In this document: piece by piece, positions 1 to 10,955 of the stretch | Numbering within the stretch: position 1 is the stretch's first letter | Layout: each line of letters opens with the position of its first letter | From: Eledone cirrhosa | Lineage: Eukaryota | Assembly: GCA_964016885.1 (NCBI GenBank) | Contig: OZ024744.1 | Coordinates: forward strand, 50,282,001 to 50,346,000 | Reading direction: 5' to 3' | DNA: 64,000 nucleotides | Translations under genes and position numbers: made by a program | Notes under the pieces: model-generated | Told to the model about the DNA's origin: nothing | Database searches by the model: none | What the model saw: the letters and a program-made list of their open reading frames with translations, nothing else

Positions 1-15
1 GAAGCTATCCCGGAT

Positions 16-1047
16 GTGATAGACTTCGATAACGGCACTCAACTGCCCATAAGTGTTGAGGGCAAACGCCCAAAATGCTTTCGCTGTGGATCGAAGACTC
101 ACCTCAGGGCCTTCTGCAACGAGAAGACCCTGAGAAAGGAGAAAACCCCCCTCCTTCCGAATCCGGCTCCACGGCTACCAGCAACAGGACAAGCGGCAAC
201 CAGGAACGATAGGCCCGTGGCACCCATACCCACTCCACGGAAATCAAAAACAGCAGCAACAGTGGAAATATTAACAACAACAACAGCAATACCAAATGCA
301 GCTGCAACAGAGACTCCAGTGCAAACATCACCAACAACAACAAGTGAAAGAGTGGAGCTGGTACCCCTCCCCGACCTCACAGAATCAGACATGGAGTGTG
401 AGGTGGGAGAGGGATGGCAAAAGGTCGTAAGAAGGCACAAACGCAGAAGCAGCGCATCGTCGCCTTTGAAAAGGGAGGAAAGAAATGAGAAAAGGGTAAA
501 GTCTACTGCAAAGAGACCCACAGCAGCAACAACACCAACACCATCACCACCCACACTAGCACCACCATCACCACCGGCGACAACCCCACCGCCAACAACA
601 CCTTCAACACAAGCACCAACATCGCAAACACAACAACAAAACACACACACCCAGCAACAACGACAAGAAAATAGCAGAACCACACCCCACCCCCAGAAAA
701 ACAAATGCACGGCAATAAATACACACAACAAGAAACTAATGACTTACATAATTGAACACACAGACATTTCACAACAGGACTACATAATACCAGCACCAAT
801 CAAAACGCCAAGTAACATAAGACTGCTAAAAATAGCACAGAAACAATACACAAACATTAAAACGAAATTCCCCAACGCAGTTGGTGATTTCAGGGACCTA
901 GGAGGAACCATCAATCGAAGAGTATACTCAGACATACTCTTAGAAGAGCCGACGACCAGCCGAAGGGACGATTCAACGGTCCCTTCACCAGACGATCAAG
1001 TGAAAAGGGATGTAAAAACCATCCCTCCTCTACCAAAAGTACGGTAA
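16..1047 (+). CDS. ORF1 (gag-like nucleic-acid-binding protein), C-terminal part
   Basis: CFRCGSKTHLRAFC (CX2CX4HX4C), then a Pro/Thr-rich low-complexity tract and a basic patch (RRHKRRS). Homologous to copy B ORF at 12064 (IDLNDG..CVVCGEGTHLKAFC). True start lies upstream of the window. Confidence 0.8.
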   Translation: MIDFDNGTQLPISVEGKRPKCFRCGSKTHLRAFCNEKTLRKEKTPLLPNPAPRLPATGQAATRNDRPVAPIPTPRKSKTAATVEILTTTTAIPNAAATETPVQTSPTTTSERVELVPLPDLTESDMECEVGEGWQKVVRRHKRRSSASSPLKREERNEKRVKSTAKRPTAATTPTPSPPTLAPPSPPATTPPPTTPSTQAPTSQTQQQNTHTQQQRQENSRTTPHPQKNKCTAINTHNKKLMTYIIEHTDISQQDYIIPAPIKTPSNIRLLKIAQKQYTNIKTKFPNAVGDFRDLGGTINRRVYSDILLEEPTTSRRDDSTVPSPDDQVKRDVKTIPPLPKVR

Positions 1048-1082
1048 GTGGTCTTTCCCATCTTTTCCACTCTATTTTAAAC

Positions 1083-4000
1083 ATGACCTCACTCAGAATA
1101 GGCAGCATAAATGCGCGTGGCTTGGGGTCGTCATGGAAGCAGGGTCACCTGCTCAACGACCTCAGGTCACTAAACATAGATGTAGTGGCCATCAGCGAGA
1201 CCAGAATCTCCGAAGCACGGGCCTTCGCACCGATCTTCGGCGGCTACGATGTGTACGCATCTCCCAGCCGTCCTGGATCGGGTGGAGGAGTTGCTGTGCT
1301 TTTTCGGAGAGGTTTGGATCTCGCCATACGGGCCATCTTCCTGGACCCAGAGGGTAAGCTGGTGGTGCTGGACGTGACCAGCGGAGACGGGCAAGCTTTC
1401 AGGCTAGTGGCCGTCTATGCCCCGACAGGAGCAGGGCGGCCTGATTTCTTCCGGCGTCTGGAGACCTTTCTTGGAACGTCCCGCTCTTTAGTGTTAGTGG
1501 GCGACTGGAACGGGATCTTAGATGCACGCTGGGACTGTGTGGGATTAGCGGATAGGGGTGGAGGGTGCAAGAGCCTCACCAACCTGCTCAGGCGTTTTGA
1601 ACTGTCTGACAGGTACCGATTGGATTTCCCGAATGTGCCAATGTGGACTTGGACAAACCGCATAGGGTCATCCAGATCATATCTAGATAGAGTATTTTGT
1701 AGGGAAATAGATAGGTCTAGCATAGGCTGTCCACAATTCAAGATAGTCAGCTACACGGACCACAAATTCGTGATCTGTGTGCTTGACTTAGATAGGCTTC
1801 ATAGACGAGGACCCGGCTACTGGAAGCTAAACGCGTCCTTACCAGCGCGCAAGGCCTACAGAGACCGGATTAGCGAACTAGTTAAGCGGGCGTTGACGGG
1901 GGCCATCGTCAACAACAAGTGGTGGTTTGCTCTGAAAAGAGCGATTAGAATAGAATCGATTAGGTTTAGTAAGGCTTTAGCAATAGAGAAAAATAGAGCA
2001 GAGGGAGAACTAGTTAGAAAAGTAGACGAGGCGCTTAGCAAAGGCATTGCGACCGACGTGCTTGCGGCGAAATTGGCCCTTGACCAATTCTTCAATGCAA
2101 AGCACGAAGGCTGCGTTGTCAGAGCAAGGGTGCGTGCTCTCAGACACGAGGGGACGAAAGCCGTTCAATGGGCCCGAGTGGCGGAGGCGCGTCGTGGCAA
2201 CAAAGCCACGATCCGGTCTTTGGTGGACCACGACGGGCGCATGCTACTCGATCCCGGGCAAATGTGTGAAGCTTTTCAGCGACACTTCGCTCAGCTGTTC
2301 GGGGGCAGCGGTGGGCCGGGTAGAGGGATGGACTTTAGTGTCTACCTCGACGGACTGCCGCGGCTCTCGGCCACTGAGGCGAAGTGTTGCTAAAAGCCGA
2401 TAACAGCCGCTGAAGTAAGGGAGGCAATGACTGGCTGCACAAGGGGTAAATCGCCTGGTTTGGATGGTCTGCCCTATGAACTTTACGTACAGATGCCAGA
2501 CTTGTTCGGAGGCCTCTTGGCGGACGTCTACTGCAACTGGCAACAGAACGGGAGAATTCCCAGTTCTGTGAGCCGAGGAGCGGTGGGACTACTGAGAAAG
2601 GATCCGAACAAGGGGGATAACATAGAAAATTTCCGGCCCATAACTCTGCTAAACACAGAGTTTAAGATTTTGGCCAAGGTGCTAGCAAAGAGGTTGGCGC
2701 TTGTCGTTGGTGGTCTGGTGGGAGAGGCGCAGACATGCGCCATTCCCGACAGATCCATCCACGACAACCTCCACCTCATGCGATACATCGTAGAGAGGGT
2801 AGCTAGGGAACCTGGCACGGGTGGGTCCTTGATCAATTTAGATCAGTCGAAAGCTTTCGATAGGGTCGACCATCGTTACCTAGCGGCAGTCCTGAGGGCG
2901 GCTGGCTTTGGGCCCGTCTTCAGAGGCTGGATCGCTGCCATGCACAGCGACATCTGCTCTGTGGTGAGAGTGAACGGTCACCTGTCGGAACCGTTCAACA
3001 TCATGCGCTCGGTCCGCCAAGGATGTCCCCTCTCGTCCCTCTTGTACGTATTGACTCTCGAGCCATTACTGCACAAACTGGAGACGTTGAGGGGGGTCCC
3101 GCGCGAACTAGGATGCGGAAGATCCGTATCAACATATTCGGACGATGTTACCGTAGTGGTGTCGAACGCCAAACACATCGAGGCGATCGGCACTACACTA
3201 AGAGAATACGAAGCGGTGACAGGAGCAATGATCAACCAGGAAAAGTCAGTGGGCCTGCAGCTCGGCACCTGGAGAGGCAGGTCCATGCCGTCCAACAGCG
3301 TCGTCGGACGCTGGACGGACGGACCGGTTAAATTGCTAGGGGTCTGGTTCGGTCCGGACCTCCAGACGGACAAAAACTGGGACGAGGTGACGAGCAGGGT
3401 GGCTTCTCTCACCCAGAAATGGGCCGAGAGGAAGCTATCCCTGAAAGGTCGAGCGGAGGTGGCTAACGCGTACATCGCGTCCGTCATCTGCTACCGCCTG
3501 ACCGTCGTACCTTGTCCTAAGCCTCGCCTGACTGTGCTGGAGCGTTTGCTCTTTCGCTTTTTGTGGAAGGGACGCGCTCCGATGGTCAGGCGGTCCATCT
3601 GTTGTCAACACCCGCTACGTGGAGGGCTGGGCATGCCGTGGCTGATGATGCGCAGGCACGCGCTCAGGCTACGACATCTCCACCTCTTCCTCGACGGTGA
3701 TCAGGTGTGGTCGCCGTTTGCTAGACGCGTGTTTCCCCAGCTCGTTTCCTTGACGGAGCTGCAGTCCTGGGTCAAGCGAAGACCGAGAGGGAGCGCCTGG
3801 AGACTGGAATGTCTTCAGGCGCTCACAGCCCTCGACCAATCGGGCAATGTGATCGGTGGAAACTCCACCTCGGCGTTCTATAGAGGATTAGTGGAGGGGA
3901 AGAGCGACGACGTACTTGGGGAAACTCTAGGCGTCGACGAAAATCAACTAACCAATCTCTTCGGAAGAACTTTCGGGCCAGGGCCTATGGACAACTTCCA

Positions 4001-4502
4001 GAAATCTCTGGCCTGGCAGTGCTACCGAGGAGCCTTGCCAGTTCGGGATAAACTCTACAGGCATGGAGGTGCCATCAGTCGGGCATGTCCGAGATGCGCG
4101 CAGGGCGACGAAACCGTCCTGCACGCACTCGTCCAGTGTCCGAAAATTGCTGACTTGTGGGTTTATGTCGAACACCTGCTGTCGCGTTTAGGACGGATCC
4201 GGCTATCATCTGAGTCCATCGTGAGGATTGCCCCGCCCTCCTCCTTTAGCCGGGAAGGGCAGGCAGTTTTTATCTGCCTGGTGGCCATGGCGAAAGAGAT
4301 AGTATGGTGGACACGTTTGAAAGGGCTGAAGACGAGCACTTACCTCTTCGGTGATGCTCTGATTGACTTTTTCAAATTTCATTTGAAAAGGAAAATCAGA
4401 GTAGAGAGGGAAGTGCTCTCTTCCCAGCATTTTGTTGAAAGATGGGTGAGAGAAGCAAGAATGGCCCGAGTGAATGGGCCTACTCTGAGCATATATCTGT
4501 AA
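1083..4502 (+). pseudogene. ORF2 (APE endonuclease, reverse transcriptase, C-terminal Zn finger) with one premature stop
   Basis: APE motifs SINARGL, ISET, VYAP, GDWN, YLDR, TDH; RT motifs KSPGLDG, FRPITLL, LDQSKAFD, VRQGCPLS, YSDD, LLG; CPRC-X8-H-X4-C. ORFs 1083-2393 and 2427-4502 share a frame and are split only by TAA at 2391-2393, where copy B has GAA. Confidence 0.92.
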
Positions 4503-4750
4503 ATTAAAGGTGGAAAACTGGGAGAGGGCACTTGCCTTGGTGGTCAGGGTCATTGTGGCTTTTTACTGGGCTTTCTCCACAAATGTCCCTCCGAAGTCTC
4601 CCCCCTATTGGGGAATTTTTCATTATTATTTTTTGTTACATCCTCTGTTTTTGTTTTTTACACGCAGAAATGCCCATTTGTACCGTCCTGCATTGTCCTG
4701 CACTGTCCTTAATGTCTACTTTATGTAAACCCTTGTGGTTAATAAAGAAA

Positions 4751-4791
<41 letters not shown>

Positions 4792-4808
4792 TAAAATGAA
4801 GAAAAAGA

Positions 4809-5180
4809 AAATAGAGAAAAATAAAGCAGAAGGAGAACTAGTTAGAAAATTAGACGAGGCGCTTAGTAAAGGCATTGCGACCGATGTGCTTGCGGCGAAA
4901 TTGGCCCTTGACCAATTATTCAATGCAAAGCATGAAGGCTGTGTTGTCAGAGCTAGGGTGTGTGCTCTCAGGCACGAGGGGATGAAAGCCATTCAATGGG
5001 CCCCATTTGGGGAATTTTTCATTGTTTATTTTTTTGTTACATCCTCTGTTTTTGTTTCTTTTACACGCAAAAATGCCCATTTGAAGGGTCCTGTATTGTC
5101 CTGTATTGTCCTTAATGTTTTACTTTGTGTAAACCCTTGTGGCTAATAAAGAAAGCATTATTATTATTATTATTACTATT
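4809..5180 (+). mobile_element. Internally deleted derivative of the Tx1-like element
   Basis: 4809-5003 matches copy A ~1982-2175; 5001-5156 matches the copy A 3' UTR (~4601-4752); ends in AATAAA plus (ATT)n at 5157-5180. Confidence 0.85.
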
Positions 5181-5705
5181 AGCTATCAGCTGAGTCCATC
5201 GTGAAAATTGCCCAGCCGCCTTCCTTTAGCTGAGAAGAGCAGGTAGTTTTTATCTGGTAAAAGAGATCGTATGGTGAACACATCTGAAAGGATTGAAGAT
5301 AGGTACTTTCCTCTTCGGTGACACCCTCATTAGCTTTTTCAGGTTTCACCTGAAGAGGAAAATCATGGTGGAGAGGGAAGAGCTGCCTTCCAGCAGTTGA
5401 AAGGTGGGTGAGAGAGGCAAGAATGGCCCGTGTGAATGGGTCTACCCTGAGCGTGTGCCTGTAGCATTGTAGGAGGAAAACTGGAAGAAGGCATTTGCCC
5501 TAGCGGTCAGGGTAACCATGGCTTTTCTTGTGGGCTTTCTCCACGAGCAACCCTCGGATTTCTCCCCATATTGGGAATTTTTCATTGTTTCCTTTTGTCA
5601 CGCTCTGTTTTTGTTTTTTTTTACATGCAGAAATGCCCATTTGTATTGTCCTGTGTTGTCCTTAATGTCTTACTTTGTGTCAACCCTTGTGGTTAATAAA
5701 GAAAG

Positions 5706-5762
<57 letters not shown>

Positions 5763-5769
5763 TATTATT
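5181..5769 (+). mobile_element. 5'-truncated, more diverged 3' fragment of the Tx1-like family
   Basis: Matches copy A from ~4201 (gctatca.ctgagtccatcgtga) through the 3' UTR; AATAAA at 5695; (ATT)n at 5707-5769. Confidence 0.85.
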
Positions 5770-8700
5770 GTCCTTTGAGTCTCAGTCATTGATGTTAGTT
5801 AACTGGAAAGTTTGTTGAAATGAATATCAAGCCACTACCTGCAGCCTCAGATATGCAGGACGTATCAGAGGGTTCTTGCTGTTCCCAGCAAGCATACCTT
5901 TTGAAGTGTTCCAAAAAGCGGGGCTGCACTAATCTTCTTTAACTATCCTTGGAAACTCTTTGAGATAGTACCTAGTGCTCCTATGACAATCGGGACGACC
6001 TTGATTTCATGGCAGTTCCAAATCCTTTTTAACTCCCACTTTAAATCTGGTATCGGTTAATTTTCTCCCTCTCCTTTTCTTGCCCTCTCGTGTCAAATGG
6101 GCAGGCTACATCTACAATCAGGCACAATCTTTTTTCCTTGTCCAAAACCACCAGGTCAGGTCTATTGTGTTCCAGTTTCTTGTCCGTCTGTATCCTAAAA
6201 TCCCATAGCACCTTCACCTGATTGTTTTCTATCACCGACTCTGGCTTATGCTCATACCACTTCTCAGAATGTGGTAAATTGTTTACTTTGCATAGATGCT
6301 AGTGGATCACCCTGCCCATCATGTCTCCAGCCTTTATAGTGAGTCTGGGCTAGGTGTTTACACTCGGATACAATGTGAGCCACAGTCTCCTCTCTCTCTC
6401 CTCAGATCCTACACAGTGAGCTAGCCTCCTCCTTGTCAATATGGTGTTTCACCCACTTTGTTCTGAGGGCCTGCTCTTGCACAGTATTTACATTCCTTCT
6501 ATAGCTTTTTTAAGGTCTCCTCTTTTTAACAAGTTCCATGTCTGTGGATCTCTAAATTCCATTTTCTTAAAGAAGGTGCTATGAAGGGATTTTTCATGAA
6601 GGTTGCTCTTCCTCCTTGTTGTTATTTCCTCCTTGGACATCCCCTGGTCTATTGTCTTCTCCTTCAGTACAATTTTGAGCATTGGCTCCCTACTGTCAGT
6701 CACATATTTGTGTAGGTTGTTTTTCTCCATCTGAACACAGTCCTCTATGCTGATAAGACCTCTTCCACCTTCAGATATCTTTAAGTAGAGTCTATCGGCA
6801 TCACTCCTCTTTTGGAACATGTTGTAGATAGTCAATAGCTTCCTAATCTTCCTATCCATTTCTTTTCAGCAACATTCCATTTCAGAATTCCCGTATTGTA
6901 CCTAATACACAGCTCACTTATGACATTTAGATGTGATTTTAATACACTCCTTACTCTCCTAATGTACTCAGATCTTATCAATTCCTTCATTTTTTTTATC
7001 TTGATGTCATCTGCCTCCAGAACACATAAATATGTGTATCCCTCTTCAGTGTCAATTTCCTTTATCATCTCACCTGTTGGCACCTGGATTCCGTTGCTTC
7101 TGCTCAATTTACCCCTCTTCATCACTAGCACTCCACACTTATTAATACCAAATTCCATATATATATCATTGCTGAAAATACGGACAGTGTCAACAAGTAC
7201 ATCCAACTCCTTCTCACTCTTCCCAAAGAGTTTAAGATCGTCTATGAAGAGGAGGTGGTTGGTGGTAAGCTCTCCTTTTCCCAATTTGCATCCTGCTCTC
7301 ACTTTTCACAATATAATGGACAGGGGTATCAGGGCAAGGACAAACAGCAGAGGGGACAAACTATCTCCCTGGAAGATACCTCTCTTGATCTTCACGCCTC
7401 CCAAGGATTCGCCACCTGATGTTAACTCTGTTTTCCAGGACTTCATACTTTTACTCAACAACTGTCTGATGTTATCTGCCACCTTGAAGATCTCTAGGCT
7501 TTTGGTGATCCAAGAATGAGGTACCATGTCGAATGCTTTTTTGTAATCTATCCATCCCATGCCAAGACCAGTGTGCCTCCTCTTGCAATTCCTCATTACC
7601 ATCTTATCAATAAGTAACTGGTCCTTTGTACCACGGGACTTCTTTCGGCATCCTTTCTGTTCATCTGGTAACAAATTGTTTATGTGAAGGTGATGGTAGA
7701 TTTCCTCAGGCACAATCCTTGTTAACAGTTTCCAAATTACGGACAGACATGTGATAGGCCTATAGTTGGTAACATCATTACCCTTGATTCGGTCTTTCAT
7801 TACCAGAACTGTGGCACCTTTTGTCAACCACTCTGGTACTTCACCTGACATCAAGCAGTCATTGAACATGGTTGTCAGTTTTGGGTGGAGGGATGTTATA
7901 TTTTTAATCCAATACCCCTCACACATCTGGGCCTGGTGATTTCCAGTTGTTTAACTTTTTGGCCTGCCCTTTAGAGTTTCAACTGTGATACTCAAATCAG
8001 TTTGTTGGTGTGCCTGTTCACTAATCTCCTTCTGCACTGTCTCAATCCACACTGCCTGACTATTATGTTTAACATCCTGCTCCGATATTCCTCTCCAGAA
8101 TGTCTTAGTTTGTTCCGCCTCAGGGATCAAGTCGTTGCCTCTTTCTTTCCTCTCAAGCTGTCCAAACAAAATCTTCTGGTTGTTGTCAAACATGCGGTTC
8201 TGTCTATACTGACTGACTCTGCTCTCGTATCGCCTGATTTTTGCACTCTTTGCTGCAATGCGTTGCTTCAGTTCCTCTATGATAATATTTAGCTTTTTCC
8301 TCCTAGTTTTGTACTTTATTTCCAGTCTATTTTTAGTGTCTATGTTTTGTAGTGTCCCATTCAGTAGGGACTCAAGCTTTCCAATGTCATTTCTCATTTC
8401 CATGATTTGACCACTCAGTCGTTTCTTCCACCAAGGCTCTGATCTTTCTTGTTTGTTGTTTCCTCTCGCTTTTATACCAAGTAATTTCCTCACCGCATTT
8501 GCTGTTGCTTTGAGGATAGTGTTGCACTGGTGAAGGCTCCTCGCCTCAGGGTATGGGATGACTTTGTTTACCTTAACTGTTGTTTCTTTTAACTTTTTCC
8601 TGTCTACAAATCTTAGGTTCATAGGTTTTCCACTATCATTGTTCAATTCATCTACCACTAAGTTTAGGATATCAACCAAATCTTGTCCTAGCCCGTCAGC

Positions 8701-9300
8701 ATTCATCTCCTCAATGGCCGTATCTTTGTTCCAGGTATTATTTATTTCAGCATTCAGATCATTGTCTGCTTCGGATGGTTCCTCCGTTCTCTCAACCTCT
8801 TCACCTTCATTTCCCACTGGCTCGTTTGCCTGGCATACTCCACTCTCCATTTCCAAGCTAATCTCTCCGCTCAGTTCCTCCAGTTCCAGCTCGCTTATCC
8901 AGCCATTAGTTCTTATTACCCGAGCCTGCCCGGCCAATTTTTGTTCATCTAATTTAAATAGACCAATCTCGTTCCAGATGTTATGCATCCGTTTCCTATA
9001 GCCTTTCTCCTTGGGGTTACTCTTCAGGTAACATTGCATAACAGTTCTATTCAATTCTTTCGTCCAGTTGGTTCTTCTTCTTCCTCCGACACCAGCAGTA
9101 TTTGGTTGACAGCCAGGTCCCTGCTGCTGAGCCAGGGAGCACCTGCTGGGTGAGAGTCTGTCACATGACATTCTAGTGTCCACTTCACCGTTATTCGAAC
9201 TGTTTAGGTTCGACATTTAAACACTCTTATCGAGGATTGGTGAATGTATGGTTACATAACCACGGGTGATTTTTGTGTGGCACTATCACGCTGTAGACGA
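5770..9300 (-). mobile_element. R4/Dong-clade non-LTR retrotransposon (single ORF, RT plus restriction-like endonuclease), frameshifted
   Basis: Minus-strand ORF pieces 9216-7951 (N-terminal WTKELNRTVMQCY..YRKRMHNIW), 7926-7306 (YRPITCL, IDYKKAFDMVPH, GIFQGDSLSP), 7302-6832 (LLFIDDLKL), 6859-6488; CCHC remnant at ~6340-6420; RLE core RPDLVVLDKEKRLCLIVDVACPFD..EKINRY at 6235-6041; 3' end abuts (TAA)n. Confidence 0.88.
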
Positions 9301-9329
9301 ACATAAATAAACAAACAAACAAACAGGCA

Positions 9330-10705
9330 AAAAAAAAAAAAGAATAAGCATAAGTTTCATTGTAATGTAATGTTTGAATGTCTGACTTAGTTTTTCCCTT
9401 CCCTTCTCTGTCCGTCTGTTTGTTTTTCTCTTCATTTTTCTTTTCTTTCTTTTCTTTACGTTTTTCGTTGTTGCTGTGCTGCTTTGATTTGGATTTTTGG
9501 TTTTTTGATTTTTGACCGGGTCATCAAATCAGTCTATTTATATATTTTGATGCCTTCCTCTTTTAGTGGGGACACTACGATGCATGTGTTAGCAGGAGGT
9601 AGTGGGAGAGAATAGCGGCGGTAGTGATAATGAGGCAGTGGTGGTGGTGGTGGTGGTGGTGGTGGTGGTGGTGGTGGTGGTGGTGCTGTGCTAGTAGTAC
9701 TTAGCAGGAGGTAGTGGGAGAGAATAGCGGCGGTAGCGATAATGAGGCAGTGGTGGCGGTGATGTGATCGTAGTACTGTAGTGATGGTGTTGAAGTTGAA
9801 GTAGAAATAGAAGTTGAGGTAACTTGACTAGAGTTTTTAGCGTGGTAGTGGTGGTGGTGTAGGTGGTGAAATTATCTTCTCTGTCCACTTAGCCATTTAG
9901 CTATTTAGCTATTTAGTCATTTTGCCATTTTCCTCCTTTTCGACTCTAACATTCCTGATCCAAAATTAAATATTAATATTGTTTATTAATATTGTCTAGT
10001 GATACCGCCACCTTCCCCTGTCGTAAGTTAACAGAAGGTAATGGGGGAATAGCGGTGATAGCAATGAAGGAGTGGTGGCGGCGGTGATGGGATAGTGGTA
10101 GCAATGATGGATGGGGTGGTGGCGGCGGTGACTATAGTGATGTCGTTGTCGTTACTGAGTTTTGTTGAATAGACTGTAGTTTGTTTGATCGGCGAATCTA
10201 TGTGGTTAGTCGCGTATGTTTAATATATGTGTTGACATATTTTCTTAATATTGGAATTAAACATTTTGTGAAAACTTGAGACAATAATAATAGTAATTAT
10301 TATTATTATGCTGGGATTGGTGGTGATGGTGGGGAAATTGCCGTTATCTGGCTGTTGTATTTAGTGTACACAGAGGGGTGATGGGATAGGTGGTGTATCT
10401 AGTTTGTGGTGTTGGTGAAATTGCTGTTATTTGGCTGTTCTGTATAGTGTAGACAGAGGGGGTTTTCTTCCATTTATAACCATTTTCTTTTTTTAATATA
10501 AAATGTTTACAATGGTGGTGTTGGTGTGAGGTGTTAGTTTGTTAGAAAGGCTGTCAGCTTTGTGTGGCTGAGAGCCGTCCATGTTTACTGTCCCTTTCAG
10601 AAAGCAATATATGTGAACTTATAAAAGTTTTCCATAACTGGCAATTTGAAACAACTGAAAACAACATATCTTTGCGGAGCTCACGATAATACGATTTCGT
10701 ACGTA
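9330..10705 (-). mobile_element. Inverted 5' part (5' UTR and ORF1 start) of the Tx1-like family, followed by low-complexity sequence
   Basis: 10502-10705 is the reverse complement of 10963-11166 (copy B 5' UTR and MDGSQPHKADSLSNKLTPH). Leftward the minus strand is ACC-rich, like the Pro/Thr tract of ORF1. Left boundary uncertain. Confidence 0.55.
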
Positions 10706-10889
10706 TAATACAAAATTAAATATTTGAGCGATATAACAGAATATTATGGATCCGAATTTTCTGATAGTTGCTTTATGTATCATTTGTACTAAGAATTGCT
10801 ATTTCACAATTGATTTAAATATGTTAAAAATCAAAAACTTACGGGAGCGATTTCATGACCTTCTATCCACCACGTGCGTCTTCTTCCCT

Positions 10890-10897
10890 TATTATTA

Positions 10898-10950
<53 letters not shown>

Positions 10951-10955
10951 TTATT
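10890..10955. repeat. (ATT)n microsatellite immediately 5' of Tx1-like copy B
   Basis: Read directly from the sequence. Confidence 0.95.

Larger units (their letters stand above)
1..4788 (+). mobile_element. Tx1/L1-clade non-LTR retrotransposon, copy A (5' end outside window), near-intact
   Basis: ORF1 with a CCHC knuckle, then ORF2 with APE, RT and Zn finger; 3' UTR with AATAAA at 4741 and an (ATT)n tail at 4753-4788. Confidence 0.92.

Noticed and set aside
99-9001. Antisense and alternate-frame ORFs over the LINEs (e.g. 99-731, 2978-3487, 6896-7519)
   Set aside because: Shadows of the true TE frames with no independent motifs.
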